A stretch of 64,000 bases of DNA, taken from Octopus sinensis (Eukaryota). Below, one piece after another: positions 12,500 to 27,479 of this stretch. The notes beneath the pieces were generated by a model. The model was not told the origin of the DNA and made no database searches. It saw only the letters and a list, made by a program, of their open reading frames with translations. Location: assembly GCF_006345805.1 (NCBI RefSeq), contig NC_042997.1:58590001-58654000 (forward strand). The letters are read 5' to 3'. The position numbers and the translations under genes are program-made. Positions within the stretch are counted from its first letter, which is position 1, and every line of letters begins with the position of its first letter.

Positions 12500-12628
12500 G
12501 AAGGACTTCTTTCAGTTTCCATCTCCCAAATCCACTCACAAGGCTTTGGTCGGCTCGAGACTATAGTGCCCAAGGTGCCACGCAGTGGGACCGAATCCGG
12601 AACCACGTCGTTGCGAGGCATGCTTCTT
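12500..12628 (-). mobile_element. tRNA-derived SINE family B (octopus OR-like), 5' part
   Basis: Reverse complement of GGTTCCGG..TCCCACTGCGTGGCACCTTGGGC..GCCTTGTGAGTGGATTTGG, homologous to 30462-30845. Confidence 0.8.
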
Positions 12629-13489
12629 TTATTCATTTAATTGGCCACAAGGGCCTTACAAAGATAGGAAGCTGCGGGTTGGACACGGACATAATGATAT
12701 GGAATGATTAACGATACGATAATAATGAGGGCAACAGCAACGCCCACCGATTGCTGTATACTCGAGAATATTGTTCTTTTATAAAACATTTTGAGACAAT
12801 AAACCTCTTACATGATAACACATTAAGGAGGCAATAGACCTCTTATATTAACGACATACAAAGCCATTTTGAGGCAATAAACCTCTTACACAAGTCTATT
12901 TAGGAATTAAAAATAAATACAATCTTCTTGCCCGACCAAAATTCTAGCCTCAGCAAAACACCCGAACGGCTCCAAGTCGGGCCAATTTAACATAAATCTG
13001 TAGGTATCCTTGGGGAAGGAGTCCATTATCCTGAACAAGTCGTTCTCCCTCAAAACCTTCGCAGCCACTTGCGAAGGCCAGTCAGGGTCCTCCGTGCAGG
13101 ACAGAATCCCCTCCCTTTGGCCCTTCGTTTTGAGCTTCCCAACAAAGCGCTCCACTGTCCCTCCCTTATGGAAGAGGACCACAAATTCCTCCTCCGTATC
13201 ACGGGGGGAACGCTATATAGTTTCCATTTTTGGTGACACAACTCCCACCAAAGATGCTTGGGGATACGCCGGCAGTGTGTCACCAACCGCCAGCGATGTT
13301 CCAATCACCAGCTGCCGGCGATGTAAGAAGCATGCTTCTTACCACACAGCCACGCCTGCGCCTACATATATATAATGAATATATAGCGATACTAATAACC
13401 GGTTGGTAGAACCCAATATAACTATGCTTTGATGTAAACAATGCTTTTAGTAAAAAACAAAAGTGCAGTAGCTGCGTAAATATTTTCAC

Positions 13490-13571
13490 TGGCTTACAAC
13501 TGTTTCTGATATAAAATGCTTGTAGTCAGAGCTGAGGGATCATGCTGTAGCTTATAGCTTCCTCGGAGCCA
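13490..13571 (-). ncRNA. Degenerate long-stem-II hammerhead
   Basis: Stem I UGGCU/AGCCA; CCGAGGA (U4C); ~54-nt stem II region; GAAACAGUUGUA. Confidence 0.5.
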
Positions 13572-14532
13572 TTTGTATGAAGCCTATGCTAATCGCCTGA
13601 AGTATTTAAATACACAGAGTTGGATATATGTAAAACGATTTTTAATATAACATACTTTGGTAAATTTAAGAGTAAGCCCTCAAATTATATGCATACACAC
13701 ACACCACATACACACGCAGAGATACACACGCACATACACATGCACACACACACATGTACACACACATACACACATGTTCTCAGTAGTTAACCGATGAAGT
13801 ACGTTCTCTACCTATAGCTACTTGACGTCATCCACAGTATTTACATAAGGAATCCGTCTCCCACCATTCCTGCCAACCGATTTAAACATATTGTCACCAA
13901 CAACATGCTGTATTAAAACCCAGCGAAACATAGCTTATTTAACAAGATACCCCTTACAACATCAGCCGAGAAGAAGTGTCAGAACAGAGGGATGCATCAC
14001 AACCAGTTGTACAGTATCCCAACCGCGAGGGAGCAGTGCAAGATACATCGAAATAATCGTTGTGAGTAATAAAGTTTCTCGTATATTCCATCTTTCGTCT
14101 CTATCATTTGTTATATATATATATGCACACATGCACAAACATACATGCATGCACGCACGTGTATTTATAAGATAATCGTAGTACAGTAATTATAAGCATC
14201 CGAGTCAATCCAAGATCTCTTATCTGATGCTATTTACCGTTGTGATAATGTGAAAGATAGTGCTTTCAGAGAAGACATAATTAAAACTTTGGGGAAGAGC
14301 GTTTCGTCACAGAAAATGTTACATCACTTCATTTTACTATCACTGATGTTCTTTGCCATGAATTTCCTTCGAATTTTCCATGTCACTATTCATTATGAAT
14401 CATTAATGCATACTCTGTGAGGAGGCCCACAAACATAAGAAGTTTGACTTCTTGTTTTAGTCTATTCTTCTATTTAACAGTGCATGAAATAAATATTTTA
14501 TTATTTAAGTACGAGTAACGTACACACACACA

Positions 14533-14612
<80 letters not shown>

Positions 14613-15133
14613 TATATATATATACAAAATATGATGCATGCTTGCGTTGGAGAAGTAGTTAGAGCTGAGTAAGGAGCGGTGAGAGTTGATCAATAATAAC
14701 TCTATTGTCCATTGGAAACATGACAGAGAATCTGAAACTTTACAAGCCAAGCTATTAACCAGAGTTATTTATGGCACTGGCCTAGTCAGAAGCAGATTTT
14801 ATCGCATTTTGAAATTAACTTGAAATATAATGTTGAATATATTACTTCAGAAACATATAATGCTGTTGAAATTTTATTTCAAACAATAAATTTCTCAAGG
14901 AGCATATAGAGTATTAGAAATTGTACATTATAAATGTTTAAGTGCTATAAAGCCGTGATATATTACGAAGAAACAATGTACGCCATGGGTTACATTACCG
15001 CTTTGCCGTTCGGTTTTCACTTATTCTATCATACTAAACATTTCCGACCCTTGTCATTGACTGAATGTATAGTATGGGCTCTCCAAGGCTAACCTGCACT
15101 TTGACATATAACATGGAAACTTACCATATAAAA

Positions 15134-15366
15134 CAGTGGTTCTTAACCGGGGTTCATATGGTTCTTATGGGTATGTTGTTAAAATTTATGCAATAACTTG
15201 CTTATAATTCAACAATATACAAAATATATTTTAAACAATTCCTAATATTCAATTATAGAAATACAGTAGGATTCTTTTTTTATACGCATCGATTGATTAT
15301 GGATGTCCAGTAGAGTAAAATAGGAATCAAAGGGGTTCATAGGCAAAACATGGTTGAAAACCACTA
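15134..15366. mobile_element. hAT (Charlie-like) MITE
   Basis: TIRs CAGTGGTTCTTAACC / GGTTGAAAACCACTA; perfect 8-bp TSD ATATAAAA at 15126-15133 and 15367-15374. Confidence 0.85.
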
Positions 15367-16311
15367 ATATAAAAGAAACAGAAAAGTTTCGTGAAAGCCT
15401 ATAACACGATTAACGTTAACGTTTACTCGACAAGTTCAAAGAAGTGGAATTGTATATTTATTTAGACGCGAGCTATTTTTAATCACTCGTTTATTCCTTA
15501 TAGTTAGTTAGTTCAAAAAATTTCGTTGTTTAAATATCTATAACTCATTTATATTGAACAAAGATAAATTTTCTGATATACAAGCATCTTATAGCTTGTT
15601 CTTGCCTAGAGTTTATTATATTATTCTCTGATGTAAAAAATTGGTAAAATGTGTGTGTATGTATTTATATGTATGTATACACACACATATACGCACATAT
15701 ATATGTATGTATATATGTAGGTACGTATATGTGTTTATGATATCTATCTCCATCCTGTCGTTGTGTGTGTTTGTCTCTCGCTGTCCCTCTTAAATTACAC
15801 ACAGAACGCAGCGTGGTATAGAGAAGTTTAGTCTCGAGACCTACATGAGATGTATTCATGATGCAAAGCGACCACCAGTCGAAGAAAATCACTATATAAA
15901 ACTGCGATTATTTGCCTGAGAAGGATTACTCTTTTACTCTTTTACTTGTTTCAGTCATTTGACTGTTGCCATGCTGGAGCACCGCCATTACTTGTTGAAC
16001 ATAATGTTTTATTTTGATGTTGAATCAGTTGATGAGAAATCTAAGTCCGTAAAAACGTAAACAATATATCATTAGTCAAGTTGATCCGATAGTTTTATTT
16101 AGTTTTGGATTCTAATGTCCAGGAGGACATTTTCATACCAAGATTATCTGCTGATTGTGGACGTAATTCCTTATACTAACAAGAGAACCATAGCATCCAA
16201 AATAAAACTCATATCAGCAGTATTAAACAGAATAAATAATAATTGTTTCTAACACAAAGGCACAGAGCAAGAAATGAGGGGAAAGGGGGAAACAGTTGGG
16301 TAATAATAACT

Positions 16312-16409
16312 GAAGAAGAAGAAGAAGAAGAAGAAGAAGAAGAAGAAGAAGAAGAAGAAGAAGAAGAAGAAGAAGAAGAAGAAGAAGAAGAAGAAGAAGA
16401 AGAAGAAGA
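16312..16409. repeat. (GAA)n microsatellite
   Basis: Pure trinucleotide run. Confidence 0.98.
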
Positions 16410-16966
16410 CGTGATTTAAATTTAAAAAATTATGATGAAGGTATGATAATGGCGCCTCAGAAACTCTGACGTATCTGAGCTACAGTGTATGTACTATTTG
16501 TTGATAAGGATTCTCAAGAGTATTTTCAAGCAAAGCATATGGCCGAGTATTTACGACATTCAACATACAATTCCTGTTGAAACACTCGTAAAAGAAATAA
16601 ATCACTTGTTATACGCATGTATGTTTACCTCATATTATTATAAATTCACTGTACTAAACCAGTATAGCATTAAAGAGTAGATACGCTAACGATAGATCAG
16701 CAGATGGATTTGTGCAAATCCGTGTGCAGTATCATAAAACTGACTATGCGATAAACTGTTCAAATGGTGACTGCATCTGCTTGCCATCCAGAAATACCTG
16801 CTTACACGGTCTGAATCTTGCTTTTACTGCAAATGATTCTTATAAAATAGCTTAAAATGTTCTTCAATCTGTTCAAACTTTTTTAACACTAGGTACTGTA
16901 TTTTAATGGTATTTCATTTTATAGTTTACTATCTCCAACCAATTTTCAGAGAGAGAGAGAGATAGA

Positions 16967-16997
<31 letters not shown>

Positions 16998-17142
16998 GGA
17001 GAGAGAGAGAGAGAGAGAGAAAGAGAGATAGGGAGATGGAAGGAGATAGAGAGAGAAATAAGGGGGTAGGGAGTGTGAGTGATGATCTCTCAAGCACTGC
17101 CTTAGTAAATCTCTTTGACAACATTAGTATTTGGTCGAATGT

Positions 17143-17310
17143 TAATTACCTCCGCCTTAGCGATGGCGAGGGTATTGCTTTCAATGGCGTTTGGTTGTTC
17201 GTCCGTGGGCAAGATATCTCAAGAACCGCTGGATGGATTCGGATGAAACTTTCAGGGATGTTTGGCCTCGTGACTGACACGAACTGATTACATTTTGGAA
17301 TCAATCTAAT
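17143..17310 (+). mobile_element. Helentron-associated (HINE/DINE-like) element, 5' part
   Basis: ATTACCTCCGCC..GAGGGTATTGCTTTC..GTTTGGTTGTTCGTCCGT..ATATCTCAAGAACCGCTGGATGGATT..ATGAAACTT resembles the recalled start of this class; no 3' end found. Confidence 0.55.
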
Positions 17311-20118
17311 ACCGTACAAGAATTCTGGACTATTTTTCCGAATTTTTGAGAGTGGTCGGGTTCATTTTTAGTATTCTCGTTAATATTGTATTTAGTCAAT
17401 GAATGTTAAAATGGAATCAGCGATTCAAGTATCGAACTGCAGGACCGCTTATTCTAGTCCAACTGTTGGAGTTTGCACCATTTCATTTTCTAGATATCTT
17501 GATGGCTGCAATCAATGTACTCTATAATTGTTTGTTGTTGATATACACAGAAAGTTGTACGACTTTTGCCTGTTTATCCAAAGCATGCATGCATCCATGT
17601 AAATCACTGCATAACCATCGTTCAAATGCCATATTAACGAACTAAGCAGATACCATTGTTTAAGATTTTATCAAGAAATTGTACGATTATTTCTGTCAAT
17701 TAAATAATTTTGATTTCATCTTGAAAACCTTGTGGGCGCAAATCTTTTTCTTTGTGTGAATGTTGTAAAACGTGTGTGCGCGCTCACAAGCATACAGCTT
17801 AACGCGATCAATGGTTGCAATATTCATGTTAGGCAACATCACTCCCTTGTGGGTAAAAGTATATCGCCTACAATAATGGGTAAAACGAAGATGTTGACGG
17901 AAGACATCAGTCCGAAATGAAACGACATATGCAGCATAATAACACTACTAAACAAATACTAAATGCTTTGATAAAATGAAGGTTTTCATTATTTATCCAT
18001 GCTGCTGTCTATTTGTCTTTATTCTTGATTACAAATGATTCGGATAGTCCTTTATAGATGCCAGTTGTCAGATGGTCTTGGTCTCCTTTAACCAATTTCT
18101 GTATAACTTATACCAAGCTCATTGCCATTACTTTGGTTAAATGCTTTACCGATACGTTTTTGAAACGTTTTAACTGAAATGTTTACGTTCTGTTTATTAA
18201 ATTTTTCAGATACTTCCGAATATTTCCGAAAAATGCTTCGTTTGACACAACACATTCCTTTATCAATCATTACAAAAATATCAGACATTAAGAACCTTAA
18301 AAAAATATCTTATGAAAACTTGCTTAGCATGCAATCACTGAGTGCACTAAATGTACTGCTTATCAAACTCCACGATCAACATGTCGAATCAGCCTCCTCT
18401 TGTAGTTCTAAAAATATGTACTCAAAATAGACTTCATTAGCATAAATTTATCAAAACACGGGTAATACTTTGCTATTAACAACGAACAAAACAAATTTTG
18501 CGTTGCATGCAGAGGCAGAGACGGTTAATTATGATGTCAGAGCGAACATACCCTAAGATCGCCCGAACGAATTAAATAACAGTTTGTAACAAGAACATAC
18601 CAAAGAAGACACTTTCACGTGATTATATTTTAGATGCGATGCTTCTAAAAACGTGATAACATTTCTGAGGCAATGTTTATAACATTTAAAAGAAAAAAAA
18701 TACTTGTTGAAGAAATAATCAGGTAAATTTAGTCTTAAACTGTTTTTAAAATGAATACCGTCAGTTAATATTTGCCAGTATAAGACAAAATATTTACTGG
18801 CATAATCTAAAAATAATCGTAAAGAGGATAGAAGTAGCGCCTTCGTGATGACATCTGATGACACCATTATAGCATACGGGGACGAGTGTTTTGAAGTAAT
18901 ATAAACAGTTAATGACTTTAATTAAATACACAATGGTAATGCTTGTTCGGGAGCAATCTTGTAGCAAAAATGTGATATGAATCTTTTCAGCGAGAGCTTT
19001 CGTGAATCGAACTTAAGCAAAAGGAAAATATCTCATTTACTATAGCCGGAGTCGTTACATGTGTGTGTGTGTGTGTGTGTGTGCGTGTATGTGTGTAAGA
19101 GAGAGAGAGAGAGGAGGGGGAAGGAGAGAGAAAGAAAGAAAGAAAGAGAGAATAGATAGGAAACAGGAGAATGAATTGAAGACGAGGAATTCATGAAGTT
19201 CATAGAAGTAGAACGTTCTTAAACATCTACTAATTAATCTAACATGTTCAAAGGGGCAAAACATCACCAAGTCAACAAACAAGCATTTTCTTTCTATAAG
19301 TAAATAATGTTGTCTATATTTGGTTTTTGGATTTGGTATGCAAGATTCTTTATGTGAATTGGTGCGTTGAGTCATTTCCTTTTGGGGCCTTATAATTTAA
19401 CACACTCATCGGTAAAATTTCCACTTATTTTGTCCTTTTATTTTCCTAAAATTTTCGTTACGTCTTGCAACCATTTCAGTAGTCTTGACTCTGTCCGTTA
19501 TTTACACTGCGTTCCTTTTTGTTTCTTTGTGCGCATGTATGTGGGTCAGTGTGTGTGTGCCTATTCATGCATGCATGTATGTATGTATATATGTATGTAT
19601 GTATGCATGTATGTATGCATGTGTGTATTATATATGTGTGTGTATGCATATGTGTATATATATATGTGTGTGCATCTGTATGTATGTATTCTGCATATTC
19701 ATGAGCTTGCATGTCCGTGTTTGTGTATTTTTATGCATGTGTGTGTGTGTGTGCGTGTGTTTGTATATGTATGTACCTCTGTCTCCTTGTGTGTGAATGT
19801 CTGTGTGTGTGTGTTTTGCAACTATGTACCATGCTTGTATGTATGGATGTGCATCTCCATATGTGTGGACATGTCTTCCCATATGTGTCCTTGTATGAAG
19901 TAAAGTGTGTGTGTGTATATGGTCATGTGTTTCAGTCTCAGTCACTACTACTGAGTAAGATCTATTGACAAAACACTTAACATGTATTGCTCCAGTTCAT
20001 CTAAAGTTTATACATACATGCATACATACATACATACATATATATATGCATGAGTGCATGTGTGTGTGTGGTGTGTTTGTGTGTGTGTGTGAATGTGTAT
20101 ATATATATATGTGTGTGT

Positions 20119-20162
<44 letters not shown>

Positions 20163-20209
20163 TGTGTTTGTGTGTGTGTGTGAATGTGTATATATATATA
20201 TGTGTGTGT

Positions 20210-20257
<48 letters not shown>

Positions 20258-22370
20258 TGTGTGTGTGTGTAAATGTCTGAACTTTATTACTAACTTTATA
20301 AAAATTCTGGTTAGTGTGTACTTAAGAAATATCTTTATGTTGGTCAGCATAGTTCATATTTAATAAGAACAAAACAGTCGCTATTTCCTTTTAAATTAAA
20401 ATTATAACGTTTCTATTGCTGCCAGAGCAATGATATAAACAATGCAGATCTCATTCTAGCTGACTAATCTCAGAGGTATTATCCCACCAGATCTGATTTC
20501 GTATGTTCACCCTTTCTGAGTCGATAAACCAATTAACTGTAAAGCATTAATAAATAAATTAACTAGATGTTGTTTTTTTTCTGACATAATAGTGTGTTTC
20601 TTTCTACTAAAATGGAATCAATGACAGAATCATAATCAGTCCATTGTCCCGAATAAAAACGATAAGATGATCCATGTATTTGGTTTGGCAGATGCTTTCA
20701 GTCCTTGATGCATTACCAGAACATTGAATTATTGATCATGATTTTATGTCTTACTTAAAGACACTTTAGTTTATTGCATATAACATTAATATTTCAGATT
20801 TTCTTCTTTTTTCTGTATATTTTTCAATTATAAAATTGAAAAAATCCATTGGGATAAGCATTTAGAACCTGTAATTGATTTCCAGTATTTATTGGTTGGT
20901 TAATGCTTAATGGTCTGAAGTAGTGGTTGCAGTAAATCGAGTCGATATGATGTCAAGTAACCAGATTAGATGATTCATATCCCGATACCAGACTTATGCA
21001 GAATATGTGACCAGCTGTCGCCGGACCATTATACTTTAATGTAAACAGAGATAACTTTTAATCTTTTCTTTTACATGATTTCAATAGATGTAGACGGACA
21101 GCGCACAAATAATTTTTCAAGATCTCTGTGACTAGCAGAAGGTACTCAACCTTAGACCAAAACCCTTGCTCGGTTTAAGAATTAAATGTATCATCCAAGA
21201 AGTAATTATCTCAAATGCTATTAATACAGTGTTGAGAGATGCATCTCTGCAGCTATGACATCTGAATGATTTTAAAAATCAATTTCCTTCTTAGACAGAA
21301 GGCTAACGTTTATATAGTGAATCTATATAAAAGGGATGAAATATAGGATCGAAATCGGCTGTGTTTAAATCTAGAAATTATATCATAAATGCCTCACATC
21401 CAACACCGGTTGATATTTATAGTCCAGTGTTTTACCGTGTCTGCTTTTTAGAGATAAATATTGATTTGATTCAATATTGTGAAAGTAATTCTTTTCTGAA
21501 AGATAAATGAGAGGTGCAAAATTACATGCTTCGGAAGTCTTAGTTCAATTCTAAATCATCGTCTTGCATGTTGATACGCTGATTTTCTGTATGTCTACAG
21601 TTGTCTTTAATAGACAGTAAATAAGAGAACTTGCATGTTGCTGTTAACATAAAAAGGAGGAATTATCTGATCTGTTCCTTTAGACATTCAGGTCGAAACA
21701 AGTAGATAATATTCAATGTTAGAGTGCGTTGATAAATCACGACAGCTACTGAAATAAGAGATGAAACTGTCCTTTCAAGCTCTTGTTCAATATTTTCTGG
21801 CTTGTTATAACGACATACTATAAAAGCATCTCGACATTCTGTAATGCATGTAAAAAGTTTCCAAGCTATCAATGGAATTATTTATGAGAAAGAATGTCTC
21901 TGAAGTGTTAGAGTTCTTAAAAAGTATTTTGAGCATTAAGTACTGAGTATTGGGTATACCTCCCTAATATAACGTTTGCAAAACCTTAAAGGAGATCACG
22001 TCCTATGGAACTGTTATCAATGTTATGGTCAAATTGGCATATGTCCATTCCACAAGAGAATCTAGAGGCAGCATTTGTAAGTGAGGGGTATAAGGAATGT
22101 CTAACTTAATTCACAGTAAAACATCAGATGAGGCATTCTGATACTAATTTGCTGGTTTCCAGTTTTTAATTTTAAATCCTAACTAGGCCTAAACTTCAGT
22201 TCATCCTCGTCATCGAGGGTTGAGTGGAAAATCCCGGAGGGTAGTGACATTTTTACCCTCAACGACTGGCTGAGGATGATGTTCGTACTAGTAAGTAGAA
22301 GTGCTGATTTTGTAGTGTTTATATATTTTCCAATGTAAATACTGGCCTACTCTACTCTATCGTGGCAATT

Positions 22371-24045
22371 TTTTATATTCGTCTGGTGTCAGCACAGGAT
22401 ATCCCGAGACGAGATGGTCTATTGTTTCGTCAAATGTGTCGCAGAATCTGCATTTAGGGTTAGAACCATTTTAAAGAATGTTAGCCTGGTAGTTTTTTGT
22501 GAGCAAGCTTTGGTCTTGTGCCACCTATATGGAACCTTCAGTCTCTGCTTTCAGTCCTGAACTTCTCAGCCACTGATGGTTGTTGCTTGATCTACATCAA
22601 CATTTCGACTTCGAAGTATATACTGTCCATGCAGAGGCTTCTGGCTTCACGGCTCCTCAATTTGTTTCTGTCCGTTTTTTTTTTTTTTGCAATCTGCTTG
22701 ATCCATTTTGCTTGTTTTGTGTCAGTGGTTTCAGGTTCTTCAATTATTTTAGGGTTAGTGCCAAGTTCCCTTGCGAATTTGCAAGCTTCTTTGACAATTG
22801 AATGTAACTTTTTGCTGCTTTCGTAATGGCACACAAGTCGCAGCGTCCAGTCCTCTGTACTGCATAAGTATCTGTTCATTGGTATTGTGGAGGTCTTACA
22901 GTACAGTGCTACCTGCATCATTCCTCTTCCCCTATTACTTCTAGGCAAGTACAGTCGATCAACATCTATTTTGGGATAGTGCATGTTTTTAAAAGTTAGT
23001 ATTTTTCTTGCCTTCCTGTCCAGGCGTTGGAGCTCTGTAAGATTCCAGTTAATGATGTTAAAACTATATTGGACTACTGGAAGCGCCAGTGTGTTAATGG
23101 CTTCTATGCGATTTTTAGAGTTGATTTCAGTTTTTAGTATGAGTCTTATTCGCCTTTAATATTCTTTTCTTGATTTTTCCTTCATAGTAGCATGTTGTAT
23201 ACCATCCCCTTCATTTATCTCCAGATATTTGTAATTGTCTTGTGGGTCAAACTTCTTGATGTTAGCGTCGGTATCTAATTTAATGGAAGCTGTTTGCCTG
23301 AGCTTGCCTCTTACAAAAGTAATGGGGAGAGGGAGTAATTTTGAAAGATGCAACGTTTGATGTTGATGTTGTTAGTTTGACTCATCCCATTATTATGGTT
23401 TAGAAGGAGACATGTATTCCACTTGGCCATGTTACCTTCTAAGAATCTGGAGATATATATCTCAAGGGCCTTGATTATCCAATTATGTGGGATACTATCA
23501 AACGCTTTCCTGTAGTCTATCCATGCCATACTCAGGTTTTTCTTTTTGCCCGGCAATTCTCTACGATCATTTTACGTATGAGTAATTGATCTTTACCCCC
23601 ATAATAATTCCCTTTACAGCCTTTTTGAGCTTGTGCAAGAATAGGTCTCTGTTCAAGAATGCGTATATTCTGTCAGTTAATATGGATATGAGGATCTTGT
23701 AGGTGGTGTTGAAACATGTTATTGGTCAGTAGTTCTTGGATATTTTTTTGTGTTCACTTTTTGGTAGAAGGTATGTTGTTCCTTCAGTCAGCCAAGCAGG
23801 TATTTGCTCTGGGTTCTAGATGACATCAGTCAGAGAAGCAGCTAAATTTTGTTCTTCTGTCAGACAATTTAACCAGAAGTTATTAACTCGGTCCAGTCCC
23901 GCAGTTTTCCATTTGCAAGACTTCCTAATAACACATATTAGCTCTTCTATTCATATTGCCTTCCATTTCTGCTCTTCAACTTCATTCAGTCTCCCTTTCT
24001 CACGCTCTATCCAGTCAGCTTTAGCATTATATTCTTTTTTGTTGC
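22371..24045 (-). mobile_element. R4/Dong-clade LINE, decayed RT to zinc-knuckle region
   Basis: AWIDYRKAFDSIPHNWI, IKRCIFQNYSLSPLL, YKYLEINE, AINTLALPV, VDRLYLPRSNRGRG, CRFC..DETIDHLVS; many stops and frameshifts. Confidence 0.92.
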
Positions 24046-24991
24046 TCCATATTATTAAAATAAAGCAGACAGTTGTCAATCATACTGAATACTCCACTCA
24101 ATAAAATTGATAGATTCTGTGAGCTTGTGTTCAAAACATCATTTCATCATTTTGATTATTGAAAATGGAAAGCAACATGATATGATACAAAGGTATACAT
24201 GTATGTGTGTGTGTGTGTGCGTGTGTGTGTAAGTATGTGTGAGTGTGCATGTGTGAGTATGTGTGTTTATGTATTTAAACACGTATATATATGCATATAT
24301 GTGTGTGTATGTGTGTGTGCGTGTGAGTATGTGTGTTTATGTATTTAAACACGTATATATATATATATATATATATGCATATATGTGTATGTGTGTCGAT
24401 AGACACGCGTATATACGCATACACACGCTTACAGACATAAGCATATGTCGCGTGCACACATACACACACACTCACATATGCATCTATATGTCTATAAGCG
24501 TATGTATTCGTATGTATGTGTGTCTATGGACATACATAGATACACATCTGCATATAGATATATGCACACTCATACACACACATACACGCATACACACATA
24601 CGCATGCGTACATATATATACACGCATATATACGTGTATGTGCATATATATATATGTGTGTGTGCGTGTACATATATATAATATGTATACTCATATTTAT
24701 TCACATAGATAAGCAAACACACACAAAAGGCACATCGAGAGAGAAAAAGAAAGAATAAACAGGAGTACAGAAGAGAGAGAGGGGGAGAGAGTGTGAAAGA
24801 AAGAGAGAGAGAGAATGATTGATAGATAAACAGTTAGAAAGACAGGTTGTTTTAAGTATCATTGCACTGAGAGTGGAATAGTGTTTTTAATAATGAAGTC
24901 GGGGAATAAAAAGAAACAGAAAGAAAACAAGGAGGGTAGGAATAATATTCATGAAAAATCAATGAACCAAAGAAAAAAGAAGGAAAGAGAG

Positions 24992-25048
<57 letters not shown>

Positions 25049-26452
25049 TGAAAGTGAAAGTGAGAGAAAGCAAGAAAAATTGAAAGCAATGCAGGAGAGA
25101 ATTTAAAAAGAGAAGAGAAAAACGTAAAGAAAGAAATCAAAGAAAACAAAGCAAGGAGAAAGCATGATAGACACCATGAGAGAGCTAGAATATTCAGAAT
25201 CCAGTAAATTAATTAATGTAACTTCTCGGAATGAAAGAAGAAAGATTTTGCAGCAGAATCAGAGAAGAAAGAATGAAAGACAAAGTCATAGATGTCGAAA
25301 GGATAAGAGGAAGAATGAAATTAATTTCATAATACTGTAAGGAAATCAAGGAATTAAAATATTAAGATAATAACACGTGATCATTAAATGCTCATCTGCA
25401 TTTCTCGAAATAATCCTTGAATATAAAAGCATAATTTATTTTCTAATTAATTTAACGTGTTCTGCTTCAGCAATGACCTAGTCGTAATTAATACCCCAAA
25501 AATAAATGACGACCAGAAATAGGGCCACAAAATAAAACAAGAGTACAAAAAGGAGCAGATAGCGACTCTTCGAGCAATTTTTCTTTGTCAAGATTGATGG
25601 AAGGACAAAAAAATAAAAGAAAATGTTTGGTGCTTGTTGAACAATGATAGATAGAAAGAAAATATAGAAGCATGTTATACAATGCCGGACAGCGTAGAGT
25701 TGGTAATCTTAGTAAAGAAGCGTAGTTTAGAAAATTCATTCAAGCTCCTCATCACATCCCTACACCACACACAAATACATACCGTTAACTGAATTGTGAA
25801 AATATATTGAACTGGAGAAATTTAGGCTGTAGCATGTACAGATACAAGCATGCATGCAGAAATAGAGGCACGAAGGAATGAACGAGCCACTACACGTCAC
25901 TCTACTTGCCAGAAATAACAATCGTGTCTCCCTCAAATTACATCTTACCGTCTTGGATACATTGCACACATATGACAATGTAGACCTTGATATACAAGAA
26001 GGAGTAGCCATGGTTAGAACGCTTTTGGACTAGTCTTAGGAAAGACACCAGCGCCTTCCGCATTTTACCGCTTCATAAAACTACTTGCTTTGGCGTGAAA
26101 GCATCTGCGTGACCGCTCGACCTGCTAGAAGTGATAACTTCGCCCTCAGGTTACATCATATCATCTTGAAAAGTGAATGATACATTAGATAATGTACCTG
26201 TAGATATGCAATACCCGTAAAAAGACCGGATTGGTCATAATAGAAACGATCTTGGTTGTAGATCTGCTCACTCAGAGCAGGCTTGAAGCTGAGCAATAAC
26301 AGCATCTTGAGTCAATGGGTTTTCTTCCTCCCACCACACGTTCTAATTGAAACATATAACGCAGCTCCTGAACTGAGGTATCAGACACGCACATGCAAGC
26401 ACGCACACATACACACATACGTACACATGTATACGTGTACACACACACACAT

Positions 26453-26517
<65 letters not shown>

Positions 26518-27479
26518 AACAAACGTGTATATCAATGCATGCGCGCATGCACGCACGCACGCACACACGATGTGAAAATTATATTCAAACATATAAGGCT
26601 GTTAAGGTCCTGTGTAATTTCGACGTAGGAATTAATTCTTTGCCTCTTTATGCCACAGATTCTGCAAAAGCAAGTTATTAATTATATTCGTTTCCTTTTT
26701 GGTAATATACCAAGAACGCTGGATAGGCAGTAATTTCTGGTATGGCTGAATTGTATTTAATATCTAGAATAAACATGTTTTGTCATAACCGCCTACACAT
26801 CAAAATTAATGCTTAGAAAATTATGTTTCTGTCATCAAAAGAGAAATCACCGAGAGAAAATATATTTCCAAAGCAATAATTTTTCATTCCACTTACTACA
26901 CTATATTTAATCTGACAAGCTTTCAAAAGCAGCACAGCCACCGTTGTGTATTCTTTATATATTCTAAAATCGAAACGTATCGATAGAATTTGTTTACCAA
27001 GTATAAATGACTGATCGCGACGTTGCAATCCATTTTCTCTATAAAGGATTAATGCTATATATATGGGTTCAATAAATGATTTTATAATTTATACGAGTTT
27101 CCTTTATCTAAACATTAATTGATGAAGTTATTATATACGTATTACTGGGTAGTTAAGAAATCTGTTTAACAGTGACAGAGTATAGACTTGGGTTGACCAA
27201 CATTTTGAGAGTTTTGAAAGTAAAATTCTGTAGACTGAAACAGTTCGCAAGCGCCTCTCTCTCTCTCTTTCTCATACACACACATACACACGCGCGCGCA
27301 CACGCACACATATAGAAACGTACATGCACACGTACACAGACACATATGTATGTGTGTGTATATGTATATATGTATGTCTGTGTGCGTGCGTGCGTGTGTC
27401 TTTGAGTGTGTCATAAATAAAAAATAAACAATGTCAAAGTATTATCATTTCCCTACTGAGGAATATGTAAATAAATAGA

